From: Camelus dromedarius
Taxonomy: Eukaryota
Direction: 5' to 3'
Length of the DNA stretch: 64,000 nt
Assembly (NCBI RefSeq): GCF_036321535.1
Contig: NC_087436.1
Span: 68,326,001 to 68,390,000, forward strand
Numbering within the stretch: the first letter of the stretch is position 1; every line of letters begins with the position of its first letter. Below, piece after piece: positions 1 through 11,500 of this stretch. The notes beneath the pieces were generated by a model. It saw nothing but the letters and a program-made list of their open reading frames with translations. It was not told the origin of the DNA and ran no database searches. The translations under genes were made by a program, and so were the position numbers.

Positions 1-1071
1 TGAGAAAAAAGAGAGTACATATGGCACAAGGAATTTCCAGGTTGATCCTGAAGCATGCAGGATGAATCAATGCAACAGACTTAGAGGTCAAGTGTTCCCA
101 ATTGAAATGTGAGAACAGAGGCCCAGGAAAGATGGCTCCAAGATGAGAATCTGGCAAAATATCTACTTTGTTTAAAGAAATTTAGTAGAATCTCTGTAAG
201 TAGATTAATTAGCAACAGATTTAGAGAAAATGAAACAAATTGCAAGATTAGGTATTAATTCCATTAGACCTTAGATATTAACATTAACTTCAAGAAAAGC
301 AAAAATATAACAAGAAAAGAAATATAACCATAGACCCATTCTTGAGTCATCTGTGAATAATAAAATAATGTAATATAATGATACTGAAAAAATCAGAAGA
401 GGAATAAAATTGAATTGAAAGAATAAAATTGAAAAATCAAGAAATAGCAACATAAACAGAGGGCACTGATCAGAATAATCAATCAATTAAAATGTATGAA
501 CATAATTATCTCAAGGTAGTAGAAATCTGGAGAGGAGAGAATGGGGCAGGTGGATGCTATTATTAAATATAGCCTGCTAGTATTATTATTTTTAAATAAT
601 GTGCATGTACTACTTTGGTAAAATGTTTAAATATTAATAAAAGTTTTATAATACGCCTTGCTTTGTCTCATGCAGGAGGTGTGAAGTTCAAATTATTGGC
701 CAGGTAGGAAGAAGTAAAATACTAGGAAAAGAGTAGAGGACTTGATAAATAGGAGATGTAGAATATTGGCACATGTAAGGTGAGAGCATTTGCTTGGTTA
801 GTTGGGTAGTCAGGAAAACTGGGAGAAAAGAAACAGAATAAAGTCTACATAGGAAGTGGTTGCTAACCTTCTGGAGAGTGGATAATATGTATAATTTGCT
901 TTATATACAGTAGATAGTTTAAATTATTATGGAAAAAATACTTCAGCAAAATATATGGAAAGTAGCTAAACAGACATTTGGAGCAAATATAATGTTACTG
1001 AAATTCCTATGATGGTAAGTGAAAAGTTATTTTCTGAACATGTTTTGAAAATGTTGGGATGGAGAATAAAC

Positions 1072-1256
1072 TGGGGTTAACATATAAAATACAGAATGCC
1101 TAGTTACATTTTAATTTCAGAAAAACAACAGATTTTTATGGGTTCCCCAATATTGCATGAAACTCACTTATAATGAGAAAATTTTCATTGTTTATCTAAA
1201 TTAAATCAAATTTAATTGAGAGTTCTATATTTTTATTTGCTAAATCTGGCAACCCA
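1072..1256. mobile_element. MER53-like palindromic hAT MITE
   Basis: Near-palindromic AT-rich element ending ...tttgctaaatctggcaaccc with a central cccaatattgcatg; flanked by gaataaac/ggataaac, a probable 8-bp TSD. Matches the recalled MER53 consensus. Confidence 0.8.
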
Positions 1257-1643
1257 GGGATAAACCAATTGTTAAAGACCTAAAAGATAAATACAAATAC
1301 AAACATTCTCATTAAAAGTAAGAAATTATAATAGCTAAAGTTTTAAAATTAATTTAAGAACCTGAAAATGAAGCGCAGGGTAATGAAAGTTCTTAAAGAA
1401 AAACCCTGACATAAGAGATCCCCTTACCTTTGTTGAATACCAAAAAAAAAAAAAAAAAAGAAGTGTTTTTGTACAACAATGATGCTAGCTTTCCTAACTG
1501 GATGAACATCATCATGAGGCCACACTCCTGAATCATTTTCAGAGAAATTAATCATCCGCCTGATAGATACATCTAAATTTCTAGCCAAGATCAATTTAAA
1601 ACAGGGAGAAATTCATAAGTTCCAAGCAAATTAAACTCTAAAG

Positions 1644-1847
1644 CAGGTTGGCAAACTATGTCCACTGGCTTGTTTTGTAAATAAAGTTTTACTAGAACAT
1701 AGCGATGTCTGTTCATTTATAGAATGTCCATGACTGTTTTTACACCACAAAGGCAGAGCTGAATGCTTTTCACAAAGACCTTAAACCCACAAAGCTAAAA
1801 AAAAATTTACTATCTGATCCTTCATAGAAAAAGTTTGCCAAATGTTA
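1644..1847 (+). mobile_element. MER58A-like hAT-Charlie MITE
   Basis: caggttggcaaactat...tttgtaaataaagttttactagaacatagc...gaaaaagtttgcca; 8-bp TSD ctctaaag (1636-1643) / ctttaaag (1848-1855). Confidence 0.85.
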
Positions 1848-2108
1848 CTTTAAAGGCTACCTTGACCCACAAGACTCAGTAGAATCAGACAAAGAGAAGC
1901 TCTGAACAGGCCAACAACTAAACCTTCTTTTCAATGGCCAAAATTACAATGAGCTCTAATTAGACTGAGGAGACATCAGAGTTAAGTTGAGTTAAGCAGT
2001 GATTATTAAAACATTTATAGATTTTATTATTCTATTTTAGGTCATCTTTATTATTGATCATCTTTCTTCTAAAGATATTTTCTCTTATTTTTAATATCTA
2101 CTTACTAT

Positions 2109-2905
2109 CTAGTTAAAAGACTGAAATGTAAGGCCAGATACTATAAAAACTCCTAGAGGAAAACATAGGCAGAACACTCTTGGACATAAATCACAGCAAT
2201 ATATTTTTGAACCAGCTCCTGGAGTAATGGAAATAAAGGCAAAAATAAACAAATGGGATCTAATGAAATGTAAAAGCTTTTGCACAGCTAAGGATACCGT
2301 CAACAAAACAAAAAGACAACCTACAGAATGAGAGAAATTGTTTGCAAATGATGCAACTGAGAAGGGACTAATTTCCATAATATACAAACAGCTCATATAC
2401 CTTAGTATCAAATAAAAACAAGCAACCCAATAAAAAACAATGGGCAGAAGACCTAAATAGACCAAAGAAGACATACAGATGTCCAGCAAGCTCATGAAAA
2501 GATGCTCAATATCTCTAGTTTTCAGAGAAATTCAAATCAAAACTACGATGAGATATCACCTCACACTTACCAGAAGGGCCATCATTAAAAAATCTACAAA
2601 TGACAAATGCTGGAGAGGATGTGGAGAAAAAGGAACTCTTCTACACTGTTGGTGGGAATGTAAGTTGGTGCAGCCACTATGGAGGACAGTACAGAGGTTT
2701 CTTAAAAAACTGAAAATAGGCTTACCATATGATCTAGCAATACCACTCCTGGACATATATCCAGAGAAAAATATAATTCAAAAAAACACATGCACACCAA
2801 TGTTCAGAGCAGCACTATTTACAATAACCAAGACATGGAAACAACCCAAATGTCCATTGACAGATGATTGGATAAAGATGTGGTATGTATGTGTTTGTGT
2901 GTACG

Positions 2906-2955
<50 letters not shown>

Positions 2956-3220
2956 AATACTACTCAGGCATAAAAAAAGAATAAAATAATACCATTTGCA
3001 GCAACATGGATGGACTTAGAGATTGTCAGTACAAGTGAAGTAAGCCAGAAAGAGAAATAAAAGTGCCATATGATACTGCTTATATGTGGAATCTGGGGGA
3101 AAAAGGACACAGATGAACTTATTTACAAAACAGAAACAGACTCACAGACATAGAGAACTAACTTATCATTATCAGGGAGTAAAGAGGGTGGGAGGGGATA
3201 AGTTGGGAATTCAAAAATTA
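2109..3220 (+). mobile_element. 5'-truncated L1 (ORF2 C-terminus and part of the 3'UTR), camelid/cetartiodactyl type, poly-A end missing
   Basis: ORF 2479-2973 contains L1 ORF2 C-terminal motifs [35 protein letters not shown] and TWKQPKCP; the 3'UTR stops abruptly near 3220. Confidence 0.92.
2910..2953. repeat. (CA)22 microsatellite inside the L1
   Basis: Read directly from the sequence. Confidence 0.97.
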
Positions 3221-3372
3221 TACCTCTTGGGGAGTGATGGAAATATTAGCTATCTTGATTGTGGTGGTAGTTTCATTGGTGTGTACATCTATCAAAATTC
3301 ATCAAATTGTATATCTGAAATATATGTAGTTTACTGTGCATGAAGCATACCACAATAAAAGTGTAAAAAAAT
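3221..3372 (+). mobile_element. Old L1M (L1MD/ME-like) 3' terminal fragment
   Basis: ggggagtgatggaaat...tatcttgattgtggtggtagtttc...atcaaaattcatcaaattgt...caataaaa resembles ancient L1M 3' ends. Confidence 0.7.
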
Positions 3373-4127
3373 TAATAAATTTTATTAACAGTGTAACCAG
3401 CTAGATCATATGCATTCTCTTCAGATCTTCAGTTGGTCTTGCTTGGCAAAGAAGCTGCTTGCTGAGTTCATACACAAGACACTTTCACCTGGCAGTAGTG
3501 TCTGACACAGAGATGCAGGTATATGGTCTTAGAATGGCAGTGAGAGGTAAAATTTATAGGAATTAACTTTTTAAGTTCAACATATTTCAATAACACTAAG
3601 CATCACTTTATACCAGAATTATAATATATATTTTTGTTTTCAAGTCTTTAGCCAATTTGAGCTATTGTGAAAATGTAAACTTGGAACTGAAAATTATAAA
3701 GCTGCTTATAGAATGAAAATTACTCATTTTCTCAAAAAAAAAGTTGAAGTTCACTAAAATGTCATAGGTAATAAAAATCTGTTTTCTACCAAGTTGCACA
3801 GATGTAGATGCTTTTTTAGACATTCTATACAATAAAGATGAATTTATTTTTCCTCCATACACTTACCATGGACTTTCTCATTAAAATATGAAATATGAAA
3901 AAGGAGAGAACCTGTTAGATTTTTAAATTCCATTCTTTAAGATAAATAGTTTAACCACGTAAAATTATTTTATGGAAACAAAATATTATTTTTGGAAGAA
4001 AAATGGCTCTGCCTTTTCTCCTTGACGGTAAGATAAATATAATTATCAAAAAGCACATCAATATTAAAAGCTTAAGTTTCACATAAATGCTTTTTTTTAA
4101 TGCTAACATTTTTACTTGTTTGAAAAG

Positions 4128-6210
4128 CTTTCTTGAGATATAATTAACAAACATACAATTTGTCCATTTGAAGTGTTCAATTCACTGTTTTTTACTGTAG
4201 TCACAGCATTACACAACCATCATCACAATCTAATTTTAGAAGATTTTTGTCCCTCCAGAAAAAAAATTTTTTAAGCCCATAATACTCTCATTCTTTTCCA
4301 CCCACTTCACCCCCAGCCTTAGACAACCACTAACCTATTTTCAATCTCTATAGATTTGCCTATTTGGAACATTTCATAGGAATGGGATCATACAGTATGT
4401 GCTCTTTTAGGACTGTAATTTTTACTTAGCATATTTTCAGGTTTTATCCATTTTGCAGCATGTATCATTACTTCATTTCTTTTTATTGCTGAATAATATT
4501 CCAGTATGTGGTTATACCACATTTTATATTTTCCCACTCATTAGTGAATGAACACTTGGGTTGTATCTACTTTTTGACTATTATGACTAATGCTTCTCTG
4601 AACATTCATGGAGAGTTTTTTGTATGTGAACATGCTTTAATTTCTTTGGGGTAGAAAACTAAAAATTAGAATTGCTAGGTCATATGGGAACTCTGTGTGT
4701 AATATTTAGAGGAAACGCCAGACTTTTCCAAAGACCTACACCAGGGTGGGGAGGGTGTAACTCAGTGGTAGAGCGTGTGCTTAGCATGCACGAGGTCCTG
4801 GAGTCAATCCCCAGTATCTCCATTAAGATAAATAAATAAACCTAATTACCTACCCCCACTAAAAAAAAGACAAAGAACTATGCCATTTTACATTCCCACT
4901 AGCAACATATGAGTGTTAGAATTTTCCCACATTCTCACCAATACTTGCAATTGTCTGTGTTTTATTATTATAATCATCTATTAGTTATGACATCTTCTCT
5001 CACTGGAGTTTTGATTTGCATGTTTCTAGTGACTAATGTTGCTGAGCATCACTTCAAGTGCTTACTTGCCATGAATCTTCTTTAGAGAAATGACTATTCA
5101 GATCCTATATCCACTTGTTAATTGAGCTACTGAGTCTTTTTATTATTGAATTATAAGCGTTCTGTATATACTGGATACAAGTCCCTTATTACATATGTGA
5201 CTTGCAAAACTTTTCTCCCATTATGCAGATTGTCTTTTCATTCTCTTGATGGCATTGTTTTCAGCACAAAAGTTTTAAATTTTGATGTAGTCCAGCTTAT
5301 CTGTTTTTTATTTTGTCATTTGTGCTTTTAGTGTTGTATTTAAGAAACCATTGCCTAACCCAAGATCATGAAGCTTTACTCCTATAATTTTTTCTGAGAG
5401 TTTTATACATTTAGGTCTACAATCCATTTTGTGTTATTTTGTGTAGGGTATGAGATAGCGATTCAACTTCATTCTTCTCCATGTGGATACCTCATTTCCC
5501 AGCACTATTTGCTGAAAATCATTCTTGCTCCCATTGAATTGTCTTAACAACCTTGTCAAAAGTCAATTGACTGTAAATATGAGAGTTTATTTTTAGACTC
5601 GATTCTATTCCATTGATCCATATATCTACATATGCCAATACCACATTGTCTTTATTATAGCTTTGTGGTAGGTTTTAAAATCATGAAGTGTTAATGCTCT
5701 AATACTCCTTTTCAGAATTGTTTTGGCTGTTCTGGGTTTCTTTCACTTTCATAAGAATGTTAGGAGGTTAGAGTGAAGTTCTTGCCCTTTGAGCAGCAGC
5801 TAGGTGGGCAAAGGGAGAACCAATCCTCTCTTTGCACCTACCTACAACTGGAGCTTTGAGGGATGAGAAGTGGCAGCCTGTCTTTCCAGGGATGAAACTT
5901 TAGCCCAAATTGGAAGTTAAAGGGATCCCTTGTCTTCTTGGCTGTACATAGCTGGGACAGAGCTGCTGTGACACAGAGCTGGGTACAGGTGGGCAGCAGT
6001 GTAAGGGAACAAGACATAACTTAAACACCATAACTTCTTCTATTCTTACTAAGATTTAGTAGATTTTCTTTAATGAATGTTTTTCATTCTCTGTATGCCT
6101 TAAAAAACCATAAATGTTTGGTTTTTTAAAAATCATTTTCATCAGTTAAATTGCTGTTTGCTAAGGAAAGAGACTACCAAAGTCCTTACTCTGCCATTCT
6201 AGAGGTCTCT
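4128..6210 (-). mobile_element. Old L1 (L1MB/L1M4-like): 3' end and ORF2 tail (4128-~5765) joined to a 5'UTR-like segment (~5765-6210)
   Basis: Starts tttcttgagatataatt...caaccatcatcacaatctaattttagaa (L1MB-like 3' end, antisense), continues as antisense ORF2, then jumps to sequence resembling an L1M 5' end (...cttactctgccattctagagg). Confidence 0.7.
4744..4870 (+). mobile_element. Camelid tRNA-derived SINE (vic-1 type)
   Basis: ggggagggtgtaactcagtggtagagcgtgtgcttagcatgcacgaggtcctggagtcaatcccc (A/B boxes), then aaacctaattacc and an A tail; TSD caaagacctacacca (4729-4743) / caaagaactatgcca (4871-4885). Confidence 0.92.
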
Positions 6211-6237
6211 GTACTATTTGCATTAAGTTTTTATAGC

Positions 6238-6372
6238 TTTTTGGGAGGGAGGGGGAGAGGGGAGGTAATTAGGTTTTTCTTTTTTAATTTATTTAACGGA
6301 GGTACTGGGGATTGAGCCCAGGACCTTGTGCATGCTAAGCATGCACCCTACCACAGAGCTGTATCCTCCTCC
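6238..6372 (-). mobile_element. Camelid tRNA-derived SINE (vic-1 type)
   Basis: Reverse complement of the same SINE: ggtaattaggttt...ggaggtactggggattgagcccaggaccttgtgcatgctaagc...ctaccacagagctgtatcc. Confidence 0.9.
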
Positions 6373-8199
6373 TTCTTTGCACAAGCTTTTAAAAATTTAC
6401 TTGGTGATTATAATATTCCTCTGAGTTGAGGAGGAGCAGATATTATTTCCATTTTTCAAATTAGGTGAAATAGTTTAAATGTAGAAATGAACATTTTACA
6501 CCAAGAAATAAAACATATCTCCCAACCAATTGGCTTCATCAGATAAAGTTGCCTCTGTAGTGGAACAAGTATGGAGAGAAAGTATAATGAGTTTAATTTA
6601 CCTTCTATAATACATGTGGTTCTGTGATCCTATGTTTTTATTCTGTTACGACAATGTTCAAAAACTTTGCAAAGACAGTCAGAACTAGCCAGGTAGCAAT
6701 TTTGTCAAAGGTTGGCAAGGTATACTACTTTACTGTATTTAGTAGGACGATTCCTTAATAGAAAACATGACAGAAACAAATAAATTGATGGTAATAGAAT
6801 AAGTTGAAAATGTAAGTAAATTTTCTAATTTTTTTTCTGTTGATTACATTGTTACACAATTTAAAGAGAGCAACAACATAAAACCACAGAGCATATAGAC
6901 AGCTAGACTCATAGAGAAACTGGCTCCTTGGACAAAAATTATAGAGTCAATTCAAGACAAAATTGTGATGTAGGAATTTGTTCTTCTTCAGTGCCCTTTC
7001 CCCCCTGCTCTGATAATGATTTCATTTTCCCAACTGCAAGTGTCTAATGGGTTTGTATTCTTCTCCATTATCTCAAAACCCACTTCATGGACATTTGATC
7101 TTAACATGGTACCCATTCAAGTTGTCTGTATCCTTACTTAAACTCGAGTTAAAGATTGCAGCTTCATCTGTGTAATTCTGGGAATCCTCAAGAGAATAAG
7201 AAAGAGATTTTGGAATATACTGAGGCTATCTTCCTTCGCATCCTGAAACCACTCACATGTGTGTGGTTTTCCACTCCACTTACACAGGATTGCTTTACAA
7301 GAAAGATACCATTTCTGCTTGTATAACTGAATCATTCGCCTGAATTTATAGCTTCAATCCTTCTATCAGTCACTGTGACAGCACTTCACAGCAATAAAAC
7401 AGGAGAGATTGAAGACAAGGACAACTGGTCTGCCTACCAGTCAGATGTGATTACAGCTCTTCACATCAATGTTTAGACTACAAGGCAGTGTGTATCATCT
7501 TTATCACAAAGTAAGATCAGATGAGCTATTTGCTGTTCTTCATTATCTGGGGGAAAGCCCAGAAGAGAACACATAGTGCCAGCCATACAATGTGTCACCT
7601 TTCTTCTGATGAAAAATAAATTTGGAGGACAGGAAGGAAAATTAACCAGTTCTGGGATTCAGAACTCAACTTCATTCTGCAATTAAACATCAAAGACCTA
7701 TCACATTTCTATTTTAATTTCTATTTTAGCTCTTTGAGTATAAAATCTATCTAAGAATACAGGTGAAAGGACACTTACAATACCTCTAAATTTGTTTCCA
7801 TCTTAGGCCAAGTTCAGTATCATATTGGAAATATTGAGATAAACAGGAAGCTGTTGTCTCTTAGTTTGAATCTTCCAGAGAAAGAATAATAAAATGCTAA
7901 CAGGATCCTGTTTGAAACCTACCTACCTGATTATGTACAAGTCCCAGAGAGGAGAAGATAGAGCTAGTAAAAGAGAAACACAGAGACCACATCATCCGAG
8001 TCAATACTTTAGACCATCTACCCAGGAGTCTACCCCAACTATGTCACCAACAGAGGTATTATAAGAAAGCATGGTGGCCTTTTAGAGCTTAAATAATCTT
8101 TTTATTGTAAAAGTTCTAATAATATACTTTTAATGTCATGCAGGATAATTAGTTTACCATACAACGTACACCTATGTGGCTTATAAAAGTAATGATATT

Positions 8200-8533
8200 G
8201 ACAGTGGAATGTAATTCAGCCATAAAAAAGAAGGAAATCCCTTCATTTGCAACACTTGAAGGCATTATACTAAAATAAGACAAAGAAGAACAAAAATCAT
8301 ATGAACTCACTTATATGTGGAACCTAAGAAATGAATAAACAAACAAGCTCATAAATATAGAGAATAGATTGGTGGTTGCCAGATGTAGGGGATGGAGGGT
8401 AGGTGAAAAGCATGGTAAAGGGAGCCAAAAGGCACATGCTTCCAGTTATAAATAAGTCTAGGGATATAATGTAAGCATGGCAACTATAGTTAGTAATACT
8501 GTATTGCATATCTAAAAGTTGCTGAGAATAGAT
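8200..8533 (+). mobile_element. L1MA9-like 3' fragment, truncated at both ends
   Basis: cagccataaaaaagaaggaaatcc...cacttatatgtggaa...ggtggttgccaga...aaagttgctgagaatagat, then broken by the minus-strand L1. Confidence 0.8.
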
Positions 8534-11500
8534 ATTTATTTTAATGAAGTATAATTGATTTACAATATTATATTAGTTTCAGGTGTACAACATAATGAGT
8601 GATTCAATATTTTTATACATTATACTCCATTTAAAGTTATTATAAAACAATGGCTATATTTCCCAGTGTGGCACAATATATCCTGGCAGCTTATCTATTT
8701 TATACATGTTAGTTTCTATCTTCTAATCCCACACCACACTCTTGCCCCTACCCTCTTTCTACTCCCCACTGGTAACCACTAGCTTGTTCTCTGTATCTGA
8801 GTCTGTTTCTGTCTTGTTACATACACTCATTTTTTTAAATTTTATATTCCACATATAAGTGATAAAATACAGTATTTGTCTTTCTCCATCTGACTTATTT
8901 CACTAAGCATAATACTCTCCAGGTCCATCCACATTGCTAAAAATGACAGAATTTCTTTCTTTTTTAATGGCTGAGTAATATTCTATAACTTCCAATATCC
9001 ATATCTTCTTTAATTCATCTATTCATGGACACTTAAGTTGCTTTCAAATATTGGCCATTGTAAGTAACACTACTGTGAACATTGGGGTGCATGTATCTTT
9101 TGAATTAGTGTTATCACGTTTTACTGGGTATATAGCCAGGAGTGAAACTGCTGGATTTTATGACAGTTCTATATTTAGTTTTTTGAGAAACTGCTATATT
9201 GTTATTCATAATGGCTGCACCAATTTACATTCCCACCAACAGTGTACAAGGGTTTCCTTTTCTCCATATTCTTGCCAGCATTTGTTATCTGTAGACATTT
9301 TGGTGACAGGGATTCTGACAGGTGTGGGGTGATATTTCATTGTGGTTTTGATTTTCATTTCTCCAGTGCTTAGTGATGTTGAGCATCCTTTTATGTGCCT
9401 ATTAGCCATTTTGTATGTCTTCTTTGGAATAAATATCCAGTCAGGTCTTCTGCCCATTTTTAATTGGGTTGTTTGTTTTTTGATATTTAGTTGCAATAAA
9501 CTGTTTATATATTTTGAAGAATAATCCCATGTTAATCATATCACTTGCAATGATTTTCTCCCATTTAGGAGAATATATTGGTTGTCTTTTCATTTTATCC
9601 ATAATTTCCTTTGCTGTGTGAAATCTTTTAAGTTTAATTAGGTCCCGTTTGTTTATTTTTGCTTTTATTTCTTTTGCCTAAGGAGACTGAGCCATGAAAA
9701 CATTACCACAATTTATATCAAAGATGATTGTGCCTATGTTCTTGTCTATGAATTTTATGGCTTCAGGTCTTACATTTAGATTTTTAAATCATTTTGAGTT
9801 TATTTTTTTATATGTGGTGTGAGGGAATGTTCTAATCTCATTCTGTTACACGTAGCTGTCCAGTTTTCCCAGCACCACTTATTGAAGAGATTGTCTTTTC
9901 TCCATTGTATAGTCTTGCCTCCTTTGTTGAAGATTAATTGACCATAGTTTATGAGTTCATTTCTGGGATCTCTATTCTTTCTATTGATCTATGTGTCTAT
10001 TTTGGCACCAGTACCATTGTGTTTTGAATGCTGTATTTTTGTAGTGTATTCTGAAGTCAGGGAACATGATACTTCTAGCTTTGTTCTTTCTTCTCAATAA
10101 TTTTTTGGCAATTCGGTGTCTTTTGTGTTTCCATACAATTTTTTTAATTATTTGGCTTACTTCTGTAAAAATTACCCTGGTATTTTGATAGGGATTGCAT
10201 TCAATCTGTAGATTTCCTGGGTAGTATAGACATTTTAACAATATTAATTCTTCCAAGACAAGAATACAGGATTCTTTTACATTTCTTTATATTATCTTTA
10301 CTTTACTTCATCAGCCTTTTATAGTTTTTAGAATATAGGTCTTTCACCTCCCTGGTTAAGTTTATTCTTAGGTATTTTATTCTTTTTATGCAATTGTAGG
10401 CAGGATCATTTTCTTGCTTTCTCTTTCTAACAGTTCATTATAGAAAAGCAACAGATTTCTGTATATTAATCTTGTATCCTGCAATTTTACTGAATTCATT
10501 TATTAGTTCTAATAATTTTTTCATGGAGACTTTAGGGTTTTCTATATATAGTATCATGTCATCTGCAAATAGTGACAGTTTTACCTTTTCTCTTCCAATT
10601 TGAATTTTTATTTCTTTTTCTTATCTGCTTGCTGTAGCTAGGACTTCCAATACTATTTTAAATAGAAATGGTGAAAGTAGGCATCCTGTCTTGTTTCTGA
10701 TTTTAGAGGAAAGGCATTTAGCTTTTCACCATTGAGTATGTTAGCTGTGAGTTTGTCATAAATGAACTTTATCGTGTTGAGGTATATTCCCTCTATAATC
10801 ACCTAGATGAGAGTTTTTATCATGAATGGATGTTGAATTTTGTCAGATGCTTTTTCTGCATCTATTGAGATGATCATGTGATTTTTACCCTTCCTTTTTT
10901 TAATGTGGTGCATCACATTGATTTATTTGCAAATACTGAGTCTTCCTTGCATCCCTGGAATAAACTGTACTTGGTCACAGTGTATAATCCTTTTTCTATA
11001 ATTTGGATTTGGTTTGCTAATATTTTGGTGAGGATTTTTAATCTATATTCATCAGAAATATTAGCCTGTAATTTTCTATTTTATAGTATCTTCGTCTGGT
11101 TTGGGTACCAAGGCAATGGTGCCTAGTAGAATGAATATGGGAGTGCTCTGTTTTCTTATATTTCAAATAGTTTGAGAAGGATAGGTATTAGTTCTTCTTT
11201 ATGAGTTTGGTAGAATTCCCCTGTGAAACCATCCAGCCCTAGACTTTTGTTTGCTGGGAGGTTTTTTTAAATTACAAATTCAATTACACTACTAGCGATT
11301 GATGTGTTTCATCTATTTCTTTCTGATTCAGTCATGGCAGGTTGTGTCTTTCCATCGTCCAATTTGTTGATATATAACTGTTCATTGTATTCTCTTAATG
11401 ATTTTTTTGAATCTCTGTGACATCAGTTGTTATTTCTTCTCTTTCAGTTCCTATTTTGCTTTTTTGGGTCCTCTTTCTTTTCTTCTTGATGAATCTAACT

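Noticed and set aside
2479..2973. 164-aa ORF as a host gene
   Set aside because: It is the L1 ORF2 C-terminus reading into a CA repeat.
4748..4822. tRNA gene (also near 6300, 15150 and 41465)
   Set aside because: The tRNA-like head is followed by a SINE body, an A tail and (in three of four copies) a clear TSD, and the boxes are mutated.
7138..7242. 105-nt minus-strand exon candidate (cag|GATGCG…TAA|gtaagg)
   Set aside because: All three frames contain or end in a stop, the acceptor is weak and the peptide is unrecognised.
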